A stretch of DNA of 64,000 nt from the human T2T-CHM13v2.0 reference genome, Homo sapiens: the NCBI RefSeq assembly GCF_009914755.1, contig NC_060927.1; one strand, given 5' to 3'. Positions within the stretch are counted from its first letter, which is position 1, and every line of letters starts with the position of its first letter. A model generated the notes under the pieces. That model was not told the DNA's origin and searched no databases. It was given only the letters and a program-made list of their open reading frames with translations. Of this stretch, positions 14,641 to 28,382 are shown one piece after another. The position numbers were made by a program, and so were the translations under genes.

Positions 14641-17065
14641 CAATGTAACAAAAATACCCTCGAGGTCCCCAGTGCTGAACAACTGGGAGATAAGGAGGAT
14701 GGAAATGAAGAGGCATTGGGGGTAAGTGTGTTTCACGGATTGTAATAAAATTGTTTTCTCCTCCTGTTTTTGAAAAATAATTTCTTAAAAAGTTTTTTCT
14801 TCTATTAATTTTTGTGAACCATTTCAAGAAAAGCTGCCTGTTATGAAAAAATTCAAACATTTCTACAGAAAAGTAGACAGGAGAGCGTGATACCTCCCTC
14901 ATGTACCCATTATTCAGCCTCAACAGGTACCAAAACTTGGCCCATCTTACTTCATCTGTGCTCTACCCACTCCCTCAACATTGGATTATTTTGAAGCAAA
15001 TCCCAGGCACAATGCCACTGAGACCATAAATATTTCAGTAAGTATTTAAAAGGTAAGGACTCTTCTTAAAAATCATAATCACAATAAGAATGTTTAAGTA
15101 AAATAAAAGAAATAAAGAGGATCCCATTAAGAGAATGGGATTGAATATATGAGGCTGAGAAAGATGAAATGATTAGGTTCTGAGAAGAGAAGGCAGGGAT
15201 AATGAGAGAAGGCAGGGATAATGAGAGAAGCAGGGTTGGAGGGATTGGTTTTAGACAAATGAGGGGACACTATGGTAACAGTGAGGAAGGAGAAGATGTA
15301 TGTAGTGCGTTTGTGTATGTTGTGCCTCTATGACAGAATATCTGAGACTGAGCAATGTGTAAAGAATAAAGATTTATTTCTTACAAAGTAGCAGGCAAAA
15401 GCTGGGTAACTGGCACTTGCTGTCACAACAGAACCCTTCTCCTCCCATCCCAGTTGCTTTCCTCAGTCCGAGTTTACTTCTCCTTCATGTAAGGTTGATG
15501 TGGGTTTGGCAGCCTCTGCCACCTGGAACATAACACCCCCATTTCACTCTCACTCCTGTTTCATTGGCCAGCTCCAGGCACCTGGCCTCAACCTAAGTTC
15601 AGGTGAGGCTGGGAATGTGGAGGAGCACCTGGATACCAGGTGGGGGCCAACTTTCTATCCTACAGGAGGTTTGTACTGGAAGACTGTTCTGGAACATTTA
15701 GCCACTTTAATAAAACACACAAAAAAGGTATTTTTTTTTAAAGCAAATGTATCATAATCATTTAGGGAGGTAACATGGAGTAGGCATTAACTCTGCAGAC
15801 TCAGAGTGGCTGTACCCAGGCTGCAAACCCCGTGTCCCACTCACGGTACATGACCTTGGGCAAGTCACCTAACAGCTCCAAGCCTTCATTCCTCCACCTG
15901 CAGAGTGGAGACTCGTAATAGCACAGAGATTTATCTGAGGATAATTTGAAAAATAGGTGAAATAATGAAACAATGATGGATAATATTGTTTGTAGGAAAA
16001 CAATAAATTTTAATTATTATTTTTATAAACTTATTCAAGTGATATTGTCTATCTGAAAAATCCAAGAATAAGATAATTAAGAAAAGTCTTGATTACAAAT
16101 TTAAATGGAAAAAGCTAAGTTATTTCCTATATACAATCAAAAACCAACACCATGGCAGAACGTAGACTACAAACACACACACATACATAGAAATGCTGGA
16201 AAATGTATAAATATAGAACTGACCTTGAAAGACAAAAATAACTGATATAATGGTGACCTTATAAACATTGGCTCAGAATGGAGACTTGTCCTTGTACCCC
16301 CACATTTGAGAGCCAGAAGTGAGACTTCAGTTACAAACTGGGATCCTGGAAGAACTGCCCGTTGGTGAAAAAGGGAACTAAAATGAATCTTCCCAGCAGC
16401 CCAGAGAAGCAACAAAGAGGCTGAGGTCTACTTAAGCTCTGGGTAAAAGAATCCTAGGTTCCTAAGCAGGGTGTGGAATCCCAATTTATACTAACCATAT
16501 GTTGCCAAAATCTCAAAGACAAGATATCAATTTTTAAAAATCTTATCCAGCATCTGTTAAATTTATGAGGATAAGTAGCTGAGGAAAACAAAAATTTTCT
16601 CTCTAGCAATACTTCCACAGCACAGAACATGAGAATTCCCAAAGGAAAAAGTCCTCAGTAAAGATGAGCTCATAAGTAAAAACTACAAATCCCAGACCCA
16701 ATATTGCTTTATCTATACCCCACCCACTCCCTCAACACCCGATCCTTGGAAGCAAACCCTAGGCATCATGCCATTTCAATAATAAATATTTCAATACACA
16801 TCTCCAGAAGATAAGGACTCCCATATGAACGATAACGAAGTGAGTCTCTGAGTGGAAGAGTAGGCTAAAAAAAAGAAGAGAAGGATTAGCATATCAAGAA
16901 ATTTAAATAACAAGTATAAAGCCAATATGCTTAAAATTATTAACAAGATAAAATAAGGAATAAAATGCATAAGCATGAACAGGAAAATATGAAAACAAAC
17001 AAAACATGTAGATTTTGAAATGAAGCAAATACAACTTCTTGAAGTAAATATAAACATAAAAATTT

Positions 17066-17387
<322 letters not shown>

Positions 17388-17405
17388 AAAATTTAAATTT
17401 TAAGT

Positions 17406-17660
17406 GGCCTAGCACTTTGGAAGGCCAAGGTGGGAGAATCATTTGAGTCCAGAAGTGTGAGACTAGCTTGGGAAACATAGTGAGATCCCATCTCTATTTT
17501 AAAAATTTAAAAGAATAAAAAAAATTAGTTGGACATGGTGGCACATGCCTGTAGTCTCAGCAACATGAGAGGCTTGAGCCCAGAAGTTCGAGGCTGCAGT
17601 GAGCTATGATTGCGCCATTGCACTCCAGCCTGGGTAACAACAAGACCCTGCCTTAAAAAT
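17406..17660 (+). mobile_element. Old Alu (J-like), partly deleted
   Basis: agcactttggaaggccaaggtgggagaatc...cactccagcctgggtaac. Confidence 0.85.
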
Positions 17661-20600
17661 ATTTAAATTAAATTAAATTAATATGACATAGCTTAAAGGT
17701 AAAGAATTCAAACGTAGTGCAAATGGATAGACACAGAGATGGAATATATGAAAGAGAGGTTAGGAGACAAACATGAGGGAGGTTCTAAAGGCATCCAACA
17801 TACACTTAAGAGGAGGGAGAAGAGGCACATCCACAGAGGGCGCAGCTGAACATGCTCTGGAATCGAGCTAAGACTTGAATGCTAAGATGGAAGAATTAAA
17901 AAACTGCAAGCAGGCCAAGAATAAATAACTTGACACCCAAACATTATACGAGTACAACTGCCAAAAACAAAAGGCAAAGAGAGAAAGCATAAAAGCAACT
18001 GGACAAAAAAGAGACATTATATAAAACACCTAACAGCCTGGCAGAGCCCTCTCGCTGGCAGCCCTGGAGGAAAGAAGGCAGTGGAACAATGCCCTCAGAG
18101 TGGAAGAGCCCATCAAGGCAGAATTCCATACCCAGCCAAACCGTCAGTACAGAAGATAAAAAAAAAAAAAATAGATTTCCTAAAAACCTGTGCAGAAAAT
18201 GTATAGCTCCATCCAGATTTCTGCTAAACGAACTTCTAAAGGAAGCTGTTGTGTAGGGAAAAAAAAGAGTACCAAAGAAAGGCATGAGATACAAAAAGCA
18301 ATGGTGAATAAACAACCAATAAACATATGCAAAATTCCAAGACAGCCTTCAGGACAAAAATAAATAAATAGTGACTATTGGAAGGGAAGCTCAAAAATCA
18401 GATGGAATGAAACCAAAGAACACAGTGGTGTGAGAGGTGTGGGGGAGAGGAATTGCCACACTCAAAGGCCAAGGCTCTTCAACCTTGCTGCACGTTAGAA
18501 TCACTCGAGTAGCATTAGAAATCCCAGAGTCCAGGCTGTATTCCATACTAGTTAAATCGGAACCTCTGGGAGTGGGAGCCAGGAAGCAGGATCCTCTCGG
18601 GCAATACAATGTATAGCCAGGTTTAAAAACCAGTTGTCTAGGTTGGCAATGGCTTTCAACCTTGGCTGTCCTTGAAGTCACCTGAACAGTGTGAAAAAAC
18701 AAGGATGCCTGGGCCCCACCCCAGAGATTCTGATGAAGTGTGGCCATGGAAAAAACCTCACAAGGAAAACACCAGCTCTGCTTCCTTTTATAGATTTCTT
18801 CACAAAAATAATGAACCACAAGCCATTCGGTACACATGAGCTACAGTTATTCTTGAATCATTCAGATTTCAATCTCTCGCTCCCACAGCCCGTGGTGCAG
18901 AAGCACTCGAGCTGTTGCCATGACCCTGGGTTCTGTTTAATGGTACAGGCCTCCTGTGAGGTCTGCTACCCACCAAGAAAATGATAAGGACTTGGAGAAA
19001 ACAAGAAGAGCAGCTTTCAACCACTAGATGTGACAAACACAATAATTGTATGTTTCCCCTTAAAAAAAAACCACTTTAATATATCTTCAATATACAATGT
19101 GAAAAGTACTTAAATACTTTTCCTCTGAATCTTTTTCCCTGTAAAACTGGCAAGTGGCACACTGTCTTCTGGCTCTAGGTAAGATGTCAAATTAGCACAG
19201 GGTCACTGCTTCCAAAGATAGCCTCAGAGATACACCAATGCCAGAGGGAGGTCGATGGATTTCTCAAACCAACACTAAAAGCAGTGAGACCCTCTGGGGC
19301 CACTGGCTGTGGCTGGTGCTTGGAGAACTGGCAGAGAGATGGAGCACTGGCACTTTTGAGTAGAAGAGAGGGCAGGACCCTTTGCACAGGACAGAGGTGG
19401 AGGAGGAAGGCCCTTTGCCCAGGACAGAGGTGGAGGAGGAGTACTTTGGGGATAACTCTAGTCTCCCCACATTGCCTCAAGTAAGCCATAGCCTGCTGAT
19501 CTCCACAGTAAGGCAGAAAGACAGCCATCAGCCAGAGAGGCGAATCTGGGATATACCAGGGACTCATGCAAATCAATGAGCAAAAGGCAGGACATTTATT
19601 CTTATTTATAAGTGGGAGCTAAATAATGTGTACACATGAGTGAAGTAATAGACCCCAGAGACTCAGAAAGGTGGGAGGGTGGACTGGGGGTGGGGGTGAG
19701 AAACTGTCTGGTGGGTACAATGTCATTGTTCAGGTGATGGCTACACTCAAAGCCCACCTGCACATTATGCAATATATCTACGTAACAAAACTACATCTGT
19801 GCCCTCTAAATCTATAAAAAATAATAAATAAATAAGATAACATAACAAGATAGCCAAAAAAGGCAGGAAATTCAATAGAACAATGAGCAAAAGATATGAA
19901 AGGGCTGTCCGTTGAAGAAGCTGGACTAGAGAAGAGGGAGCAGTGCTCAGCCTTTTCAGTAAGTAAATGAAAACACTGCATCCACAGGATGCAAAATATT
20001 CCTGTTCAATGGGCAAAATGAGGAAATTGGGTAATACACATGTTGGGGAGTACCAAGGTCATGGAAGCCCTGTGCACAGCTGGCCGTAATGTGCGCTGTG
20101 CATTTATTATGAAGAGGAAGCTGGTAGCACTCAGGAAATTAAGTATGAGTGGCCCTATGACCCAGCACTCACCCTCCTGAGTCAATCCTGGTGAAAGTCA
20201 CACATACACAAGAAATGAGAACCAGAAAGTTCTTTCATCATAGTATCACATGTGGGACTGGGAAGGGTGAGGCAACCTCCATTGCTAGAGGAAGGGAGCG
20301 ATCCACATGGTGGGCGCATTCTACGTGACACCGTACAGCAGCCCAAAGCCTTACACTAGAGCACATACAGCAACGTGGCTTCGTCTGAAGATGTGTATTG
20401 TTGGGCTAAAAAGGAAAGAAATACAATTAGACCTACTGGATATTAGCATTTATCTAAACTGAAAATATATACATGAAACAATACTGCCTATTTTTCAGAA
20501 GTACTTGCTTTTCTAAAGACATAAACCAAACACACTGGATTGGGTGCTGCTGGGGAGGTAAGGTCTGAATGAAGGATAAGGGGAAAACAAAAAAGAACCA

Positions 20601-21084
20601 AAAAGAACCTTGCATGGAGTGAGGATGAGAGCCGGCCATGATCTGAGGAGTGCGACCAACAGCCTTCTGCACCTCAGGCCACATTTAAAAATAAAATAAA
20701 ACCGGATGCTTTTTGGATGACTCTATGCCTGATATGTCTGCAAATATGCCCATTCCTTCTTTTTTCAGTCCTTCAGAGCAGCCACCTTTATAGAGGCAAG
20801 CTCTCAAGCCTGTTTGGGGGTCAAGCATTCCATTTCCTTGCTCTGTTTTCGCATCAGAACTATATTGTTTTAAGGTTGTCCCTTTACATGTTTTAAAATC
20901 ACTTATAGAAATTCACCCCCCAGCTTTGCTAATCCAATATTTACTTAGCTATTCCTCCTCTTTGGGAAATAACCTGCATAATTTTTGTGATCAGTTTTCC
21001 ATTTTGGGAAAAAAATTACTGGGGATTTTGAATTATATTAAAATTAGTAAATTGGCTAAGAAAGAGTTGACATATAATTTTAAG

Positions 21085-24000
21085 TAAATTTTTAACTTGA
21101 GAATAGTTTCATATTTACAGAAAAATTGTAGAGCTATTACTGATGTTTGTTCCCCATACATTCAGTACCCAGTTCCCCATTACTAACATCTTAAATTAGT
21201 TACGATTACCTTGTATTTGTTACAATTAATGAACCAATAATGATAATTATTATTAACTACAGCCCATACTCCATTCAGATTTTCTTCGCTTTTATATGAT
21301 GGCTTTCTTGCTGTCCCAGGATCCTATCGGGGTGCCACATTACAACTAGTCATCACGCCTCCTTCAGCTCCTCGTGGCTGTGACAGTTTCTCAGACGTTC
21401 TTTGCTTGTGATGACCTTGAGAGTTTTGAGGCATACTGGTCAGATATTTTGCAGGATGTCCTGCCATTGAGATTTGTCTGGTATTTTTCTCATGATTAGA
21501 CTGAGATGAGGTGTGTTGGGGAGGAAGACCACAGAGGAAAATTGCCCTTCTCATCAAGGGCACCTGCTCTCAACATGACTCAAACTACTGCTAACATTGA
21601 CTCTGGTCACCTGGCAGAGTTAGGGTTTGTCAGGTTTCTCCACTGCAGTTACTCCTTTTTCCCCATTTCCACCATAATCTTCAGAAGGAAGATACTATGT
21701 GCAGCCCACACTTAAGGGGTGAAGGCTATGCCCTACCTCCCTGAGGGCAGAGTATCTAAATTATTTGGAATTCTTCTCTATAGATTTGTCTTTTCCCTTC
21801 CCCAACCCCACTGATTTCTTTATTCAATCATTTGCCTATATCAGTATGGATTTACGGGCATTTATTTTGCAACTCATTTGGGGGGGGGTTATAACTTGAT
21901 GCTACACTATTTATTTTGCCGTTCAAAGGTTCATTGGGAACTTTTCAGGTAGTGCCCGTGTCCTTTTAAATACTCCCATCATCGTAGGGGTTTTGGTTTT
22001 GGATTTGGTATATTTCCTGCCCTAGTCCTAAAACCAGTCATTTTTCCAAGGAGCTTTGGTTCCTTTCATTGGAGATTATTAAAAACCAATACCTGGGCCC
22101 CAGCTGTGCTAGTTGGTGCTGGAGTGTCATTGCTTCGAGGTCTGCTCAGCTGACAGAACAAGGAAGAAGGTGTGTATACAAATCACACACATCTATCTAT
22201 TGACCTATCGATCATGTATCTACATGTGTGTATCTCTATATATAACCAATTACATCTACATTAAGCTAAACCTAAGTTCATACTGATGTGTCCAATTCTA
22301 ATCCATTGCCACATGGGTCATCCTAGCTTCCTCCCTTGCTTAACTGGAACCTCCCACTCCAAAAGTGAGAAATTTGGCTCCCACCATCCAATCCATTAAC
22401 TTAGAAGTGTTCTACTGAACGCCAATGGGAAACAACTTTATCAATAGTCCCATGATTTTGTAAAGTTCCTTTTGCCCATAACCAGTTATAGAAATTCACC
22501 TCCCAGCTTTGCTTATCCAATATTTACTTAGCTATTCCTCCTCTTTTAAAAATAATCTGTATTATTTTTGTGATCAGTTTTTTTGGAGAAAAAACAATTT
22601 TACTGGAGATTTTGAATTACATTAAATCAGTAAATTGGCTAAGAAAGAGTTGATATATATTTTTATTGACATACATTTATTATATTTTCAGTCTCCACCC
22701 ATTTCTAAAATTACTTATGTCGGTGTCATTTTCCTTCATCCCCTTCCGTGAGGTGGTTTCATACATTTGTAATACAGTTAGATTGTTTTGTCATATCCTG
22801 CGTTCTACATTGGGATCCTTCCACCTCCTAAATGACTATTTCTTTAATTTGAATATATTAAGTTTCATTCTTTGTGCTGTGAAGTTCTATGGGCTTTAAC
22901 AAATGCATAGTGTTGCATTCACCGCTACAGTATCACGTAGAATAGTTTCATCACAATAAAAAATCTCCTGTGCTTCCCCTGTGCTTCCCCTGCTCAACCA
23001 ACCCCCAGCCCCTCATATTTCAATTGTCTCCATAGTTTTTCCTTTTCTAGAATGTCATATAATTGGAATCATACAATATGTAGCTTTTTCAGACTGATTT
23101 ATTTCACTTAGCAATAAGTATTTATCCATGCTTTTTTGTGGCTGGATAGTTTTTTTTCTTTTAATTAATAGCTTTTATTTTTTTAGAGCAGTTTTAGGTT
23201 TACAGAAAAACTAAAAAAAAGTACAGAGTTTATACCCACCTCCCCAGTTTCCTCTATTGTTAATATCTTGCACTAGTGGGGTACACTTCTTAAAACTGAT
23301 GAATGAACATTCATACTTTATGATGACCTACCCTTTACACTAGGGTTCAGTCTTTGTGGAGTACATTTTGTGGGTTTTGACAAATATATAATGTCATGTA
23401 TTCACCATTATAGTGTCAGGTAGAGTAGCTTCATCATCCTAAATATTTTCTGTGTTCCATGTATTTATCCTTCTCTTCCCATGAACCCTTGGCAACCACT
23501 CATCTTTTTACTGTCCCCATAGTTTTATCTTTTTCCAGAATATCATGTAGTTGGAATCATACAGTGTGTAGCCTTTTCAGACCGGGTTCTTTCACTTAGT
23601 AATATGCATTTAAGCACTTAAGACATTTCTCCATGTCTTTTCACTGTGTGATAGCTCATTTAGTTTTATTGCTGAATAATATTTCATTGTATGGATGTAC
23701 CACCATTTATTTATCCATTCGCCTATTAAAGGACATCTTGGTTGCTTCCAAGATTTGACAATAATGCATAAAGCTGCTATCAACATTCATGTGCAATTTT
23801 TTGTGGGCATAAGTTTTCAAATAATTTGAGTAAATACCTAGGAGTGCAAAATTGCTAAATTATATAGTAACACTATGTGTAGCTTTGTCAGAAATGGCCA
23901 AAGTATCTTTCAAGGTGGCTGTACCATTTTGTATTCCCATCAGCAATGAATGAGAGTTCTTTCTGCCTCACTTTTTCACCAGCATTTGGTGTTGTAGTAT

Positions 24001-24560
24001 TCTGGATTTTGGCCATTCTAATAGGTGTGCAGTGGTATCTCATTGTTTTAATTTTCATTTCCCTGATGGCATAGGATGATGAAAATTTTATAAATGTGCT
24101 TAGTTGTCACAACATATTTTAAAATATATTAAGTGTTCTTATCCAGAAATACAGTACTCCATTGATTTTCTTTTCAGCAAAATATAGTAAATGTATTTAC
24201 AGCAGTCTTAAAATTTTTTGGTAAATGTTACTTTCAAATACTTAAATATTTTCTGTCCCTATGTAAATGATCTCTTTTTTCAATGGTACTGGTTACTTAT
24301 GTTATACAGAAAATTCATTTGAGTAAAATTGTATTTAGACTGAAGCCTCTTAATTAATTCCAGTTATTTTTTCTTTGATACTCTTGGGAAGCATAGATAT
24401 ATAAACATATCATTTGCAAATAATTATAATTTTGTTTCTTCACTTATAAGAATTATACCTCTTATTTATGGTTCATATGTAATTGAAGTAGCTAGAAACT
24501 GCAGGAAAATGTTAAATAAAAATAATAGAAACCAATATCCACATTTTAGTCCTGATTTCT
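21085..24560 (-). mobile_element. Cluster of nested old L1 (L1M-type) 3' fragments
   Basis: Antisense L1 3'UTR/ORF2 phrases (ggcaaccactcatcttttt, ggacatcttggttgcttcca, cagcaatgaatgagagtt). Confidence 0.75.
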
Positions 24561-24814
24561 ATTAGGCTTTGGTGTGATGGCTGCTGATGTGAGATTGAGT
24601 TTCAGACTGAATAAAAAAGAATCCTTCCAAATACCCAATTTCTTTCAGGGAATTAAATAAATTTGTCAATTAGGCACTGACAATGAAGCTGTAGAAGTTT
24701 ATCTATATGGAAAAATGATCACAATACATTGTTACATTAAATGCAAGATCCTAAACACTACTTATTCCTTCATCGCGTAAGGAAAAATCACGAGGCCCAG
24801 AAGGCTGCGGACCT

Positions 24815-25380
24815 GCACCCTCCCGGGTACAGTGCACACCGCTCGGCCCCACCCCCTCCCGGGCACAGTGCACAGAGCTCGGCCCCGCCCTCTCCCGGGT
24901 ACAGTACACATAACTCCACCCCGCCCCCTCTCTGGTACAGTACACACAGCTCTGCCCTCTCTCAGGTACAGTGGCACGCAGCTCTGCCCGCCCCCTCCCG
25001 GGTACAGCACACAAAGCTCTGCCCCGCCCCCTCCCAGGTACAGAACACACAGTTCTGCCCTGCCCCCTCCCAGGTACAGTACACACAGCTCTGCCCCGCC
25101 CCCTCCCGGGTACAGTACATACAGCTCTGCCCCGCCCTCTCCCGGGTACAGTACATACTGTACTGTACCTGCCTGCCCCTTCCCGGGTGCGATACACAAA
25201 GCTCCGCCCTGCCCCCTCCTGGGTACAATGCACGCAGTTCTGCCCCGCCCCCTCCCAGATACAATACACACAGCTCTGCCCGCCCCCTCCCGGGTACAGT
25301 GCACACAGCTCTGCCCCCTGTCTCTCGGGTACAGTGGCACACAGCTCCGCCCGCTCCCAGGTACAGTGGCACAGGGCACT
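24815..25380. repeat. 36-bp GC-rich VNTR, ~15 copies
   Basis: Unit GCCCCGCCCCCTCCC(A/G)GGTACAGTACACACAGCTCT; period 36 (25021, 25057...). Confidence 0.93.
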
Positions 25381-25883
25381 GCTCTCCTCCCACCATGGCC
25401 TTTCCAGAGGACCCTCAGGTCTCCCTTCCCCAGGCCCTGGCATGGTGCTCAGCCTCAGGACCAGTGCAGGGCAGAGAGAGGGCACAGTCTGCACTTCCTC
25501 CACCCTCCGTGCTCTGGATCCTCTAGGATATGAGGAAAAGGGGCAAAGCCCTTTCCATTTGTGGGTGCTGTGGTTCTACAGCCACCCCTCAAGGGACACC
25601 CACTGCACCATGCCCTGACTTGCCAATGAGCACTCCTCTTTCCTGCCTCTGCTCTCCACTCCTGTCCCCCAAAGGAATGTCCACAGTCCCTTTGGCAGGC
25701 AGGCTTTGGGCTGGGGTCCTTCCGGGATGACTCATGACCAGACCTCCACCCTACTGTCCACTGACATGAAGACATCAAATGTCCTTGCCCTGACTGACAG
25801 TACCTGCAGTCAGCTTTCCTGCTCCCTGTTCCTGGCTGCTGTGGGGGAGCACTGCCATCCAGGCTCCTGGGAGAGTCAGGCAC

Positions 25884-26002
25884 CTGTCCTCATGCTTATA
25901 AGCCTCTAAACTCCAAGGGACACAAGTTGCTTCCAAGAACCAGCTGATGCTTCCATCCAAGCATAGCACAAGTTTCCACAGCTCCTCCAGCCATGGGCTC
26001 CC
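25884..26002 (-). pseudogene. Spectrin-like exon remnant
   Basis: ag|GSPWLEELWKLVLCLDGSISWFLEA...|gt; open frame; helix A-like. Confidence 0.5.
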
Positions 26003-26175
26003 CTATTGCATGCCACCCTAAATTTTATAGTGACTCTCTTGGGGTGCCCTTGCATCTGACCCAAAGGAGGAACACACTCTCCTTGACTATAGGTATTGAA
26101 AGGACAATCAATGGCATAGCCCTCTATGTCTAAAAGTTTCCTGCAAATAATCTTTTCCTCTGCTGAGCAACTCAC

Positions 26176-26466
26176 CTCTTCTCGAAGCTAGAGGCAGTGG
26201 GTGATGAAGATGGATCCAGTTGGCTATTGTTAAATCCTGCAGGGATGTGTCTAGCACTAGTTTTTCAGAGACACTTCTCTGAGACAACAGAAAGTGCCAT
26301 TGCTGTCCAGTTATCAAATTTGAAAGACCAGACACAAAAATGTTATCTGTGAGAAGCAGAATACAGGCGACTTTTATTTTATTCTTTTTGTGCATCTGTT
26401 ATCTGATGGTGTGCCAAAATTGGGAATGCCTTACCTCTCTGACAGCAAAGTGCTTTGATTCCTTTG
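26176..26466 (-). pseudogene. Two phase-compatible exon remnants (26435-26466, 26176-26346)
   Basis: KGIKALCCQR|GTAAGG..88-nt intron..ctcacag|DNIFVSGLSNLITGQQWHFLLSQRSVSEKLVLDTSLQ...|GTGAGT. Confidence 0.62.
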
Positions 26467-26661
26467 CTTCCAACGAAACAGAAACCACAGGACACCAAGA
26501 GGCAGCCACCAGCTAGAGGAGTTCACCCCCCTTTCGGTCCCCTTTAAATTTCCAGGCTTGCCACTAAACAAGCTTGGCTCGGAAAGGGGCAGATAGAAAG
26601 CAGCCTCCGTCTTTGACACTGCCGCCTTTTCTCCCGGCTGTGTTAAATCTTTCTTCCCCAC

Positions 26662-26807
26662 CTCAGTGAAATCTCAGGCAGGCTTCACAGCATTTCTGAT
26701 CCCTAACAAAGAAGACAAAGTCTGGTCTCGTCCGATATCAAAACTCCAGACTTTTATCGCATTAAAAACTTTTGCTCCTCTAGCGCTTATCTCAATGAGG
26801 CCTTCGG
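26662..26807 (-). pseudogene. Spectrin-like exon remnant
   Basis: cttcctttcccag| then, across frameshifts, RR.H*D.ALEE/AKVFNAIK/SLEF*; donor GAG|GTGGGG. Confidence 0.55.
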
Positions 26808-26974
26808 CTGGGAAAGGAAGAGTGGTTACTTTTTCCTCTCCTTGTCCCCCACTCCTCCTCTGCATGGCAGACCCTCTGGCTCCAGAGGTCACCTGGGTCG
26901 AGGACCACCTCAGGCAGCCTTCCATCCCTTGGCGTTGCCAGAGCTCCCCATGTTGCGAGCCCAGATGCTGCCTC

Positions 26975-27325
26975 CTACGGAGTGAATGTTTGTGTCCCCT
27001 CAATCCACATGTTGAAATCTTAGCCCCTAATAGGATGTTGTTAGGAGTGGAGCTTTTGGGTGTGGCGTTAGTGATTGGGTCATGAGGATGGGGGCCCCAT
27101 GAATGGGATAAGGGCCCTTATGAAAGAGGCCCCAGACAGCTCCCGCCTCTCTCTACCGTGTGAGGACAGTGAGAATGCAGTCAGCTGCAGCCTGAAAGGG
27201 AGCAGCTCAGAGCCCAGCCCCATGGGCGCCCAACCTCGGGCTCCAGCCTGCAGCCCCGCGAGGAGTAAATGTCTGCTGCCGCCAAGCCGCCGACCTTGCC
27301 TGGGCTTTGTCACAGCAGCCACTGA
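26975..27325 (+). mobile_element. MLT1 LTR
   Basis: gaatgtttgtgtccc...gttgaaatcttagcccc...catgaatgggataagggcccttatgaaagagg. Confidence 0.8.
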
Positions 27326-27464
27326 CTCTTCCCTTCCATGGGGCTCCCAGCTTCTTGACATTCTCCCTAGGTGCCCTGGCAGCTTCAAGGCGGGACTGAG
27401 ACTGTCTACAGGGTCACACCCTCCTTCCTCTGTCCCTGGCCCTCCGCCCCAGGCTGACTTCTAG

Positions 27465-27740
27465 GCCACCCCTCTGCAGGTGCCTTTTTTGAGCAGAATC
27501 TCATTCAAGGTGGCCCAGTCCGGCTTCTCTTTATTGGGCCCTCCCGGGGCCAGCAGGACAGCTGTGGTGGGAGTAAGGTCAGTGCTGAGGAGCCAGCAGC
27601 CCAGCAGTTGTCTCCCTCACCCCGCCGTCCCAGTCTCTCTCTTAAAGGCAGCTCAGGGGAGTCAGGTCGTTCACAACATGCCCTGAAGCTCGGGAAGAGG
27701 TGCTTGCCAATCTCAGAGTTGTCCCCCTGAGGCCCCTCAC
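27465..27740 (-). pseudogene. Spectrin-like remnants (27621-27740; ~27465-27561)
   Basis: EIGKHL / ASGHVVNDL; DWATLNEILLKK/HLQ (helix C); both preceded by pyrimidine-rich CAG. Confidence 0.5.
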
Positions 27741-27829
27741 CTGGCGAAGGGGAGAAAGTGGCAGAGTGTGCCAGCAGCCCTCCCCTCCAGTCTCCCTCCC
27801 ACAGTCAGGTCTCAGCCCCCCATTCTATG

Positions 27830-28058
27830 GCCTTTGCAAATCTAGCACCATGTCGCATTTCAGTATCCAAGCCAGTAGTTGTGCTTGGCTGTACTTGTAG
27901 AGCTTCCCAAACAGTGGCCTGAGTGCATCACCCAGATGAAGCCTGGAGGTAGAGTTCCACGCTGGCATGAGGCCATGCCCTGAGGGTCGCATTCTGCCTT
28001 TCCAAATGTCTGAGCCACTGTTGAGTCCTCAGGATGGTTGCAGAACTCTCGCTTTCCT
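27830..28058 (-). pseudogene. Spectrin-like exon remnant
   Basis: REFCNHPEDS/QQWLRHLERQ (helix A) ... DALRPLFGKLYKYSQ (helix B). Confidence 0.62.
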
Positions 28059-28224
28059 CTTCGTATTTCAAGCAGAAAAACAGGGAAAGGCAAAGAGGAA
28101 CAGGCTCCTGGGGTCAGCCTTCCTTCCTCTCCCTTATGTTTCAAGGTATCACAGGACCACATGAACTCCAAGGAAGACCAGGGAAGAAAGGAGAATGGTT
28201 GTCAGGAAAGGCAGGAGTCTCTAC

Positions 28225-28382
28225 CACAGATAAGCGAGCATCTGCCCCCAGGATGTGGGCGCCAACACTGAGGCCTCGGACTTGGGGCCTCAGCCAAACT
28301 CCAGATGTCAGCAAAAGTCCCATTTTCACATCCTCTTTTCATACCATGCCAGATATTTCATGCAGTCCCCTCAGCCTGCTCT
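28225..28382 (-). pseudogene. Spectrin-like exon remnant
   Basis: ccatctttcag|SRL/DCMKYLAWYEKRM*KW..HLE ...|GTAGAG. Confidence 0.52.

Noticed and set aside
14935-16820. Similar ~120-bp segments at ~14940 and ~16700
   Set aside because: Both look like common old L1 3' fragments, not a specific duplication
19374-19441. 33-bp tandem duplication (also a 19-bp one near 15187)
   Set aside because: Two-copy slippage events with no sign of function
24741-25618. 200-260-aa ORFs in multiple frames
   Set aside because: By-product of a stop-free 36-bp repeat
28146-28230. Collagen-like GITGPHELQGRPGKKGE on the + strand after an acceptor-like tract
   Set aside because: Only ~6 imperfect triplets, no further collagen exons; the flanking signal is better explained by minus-strand spectrin remnants
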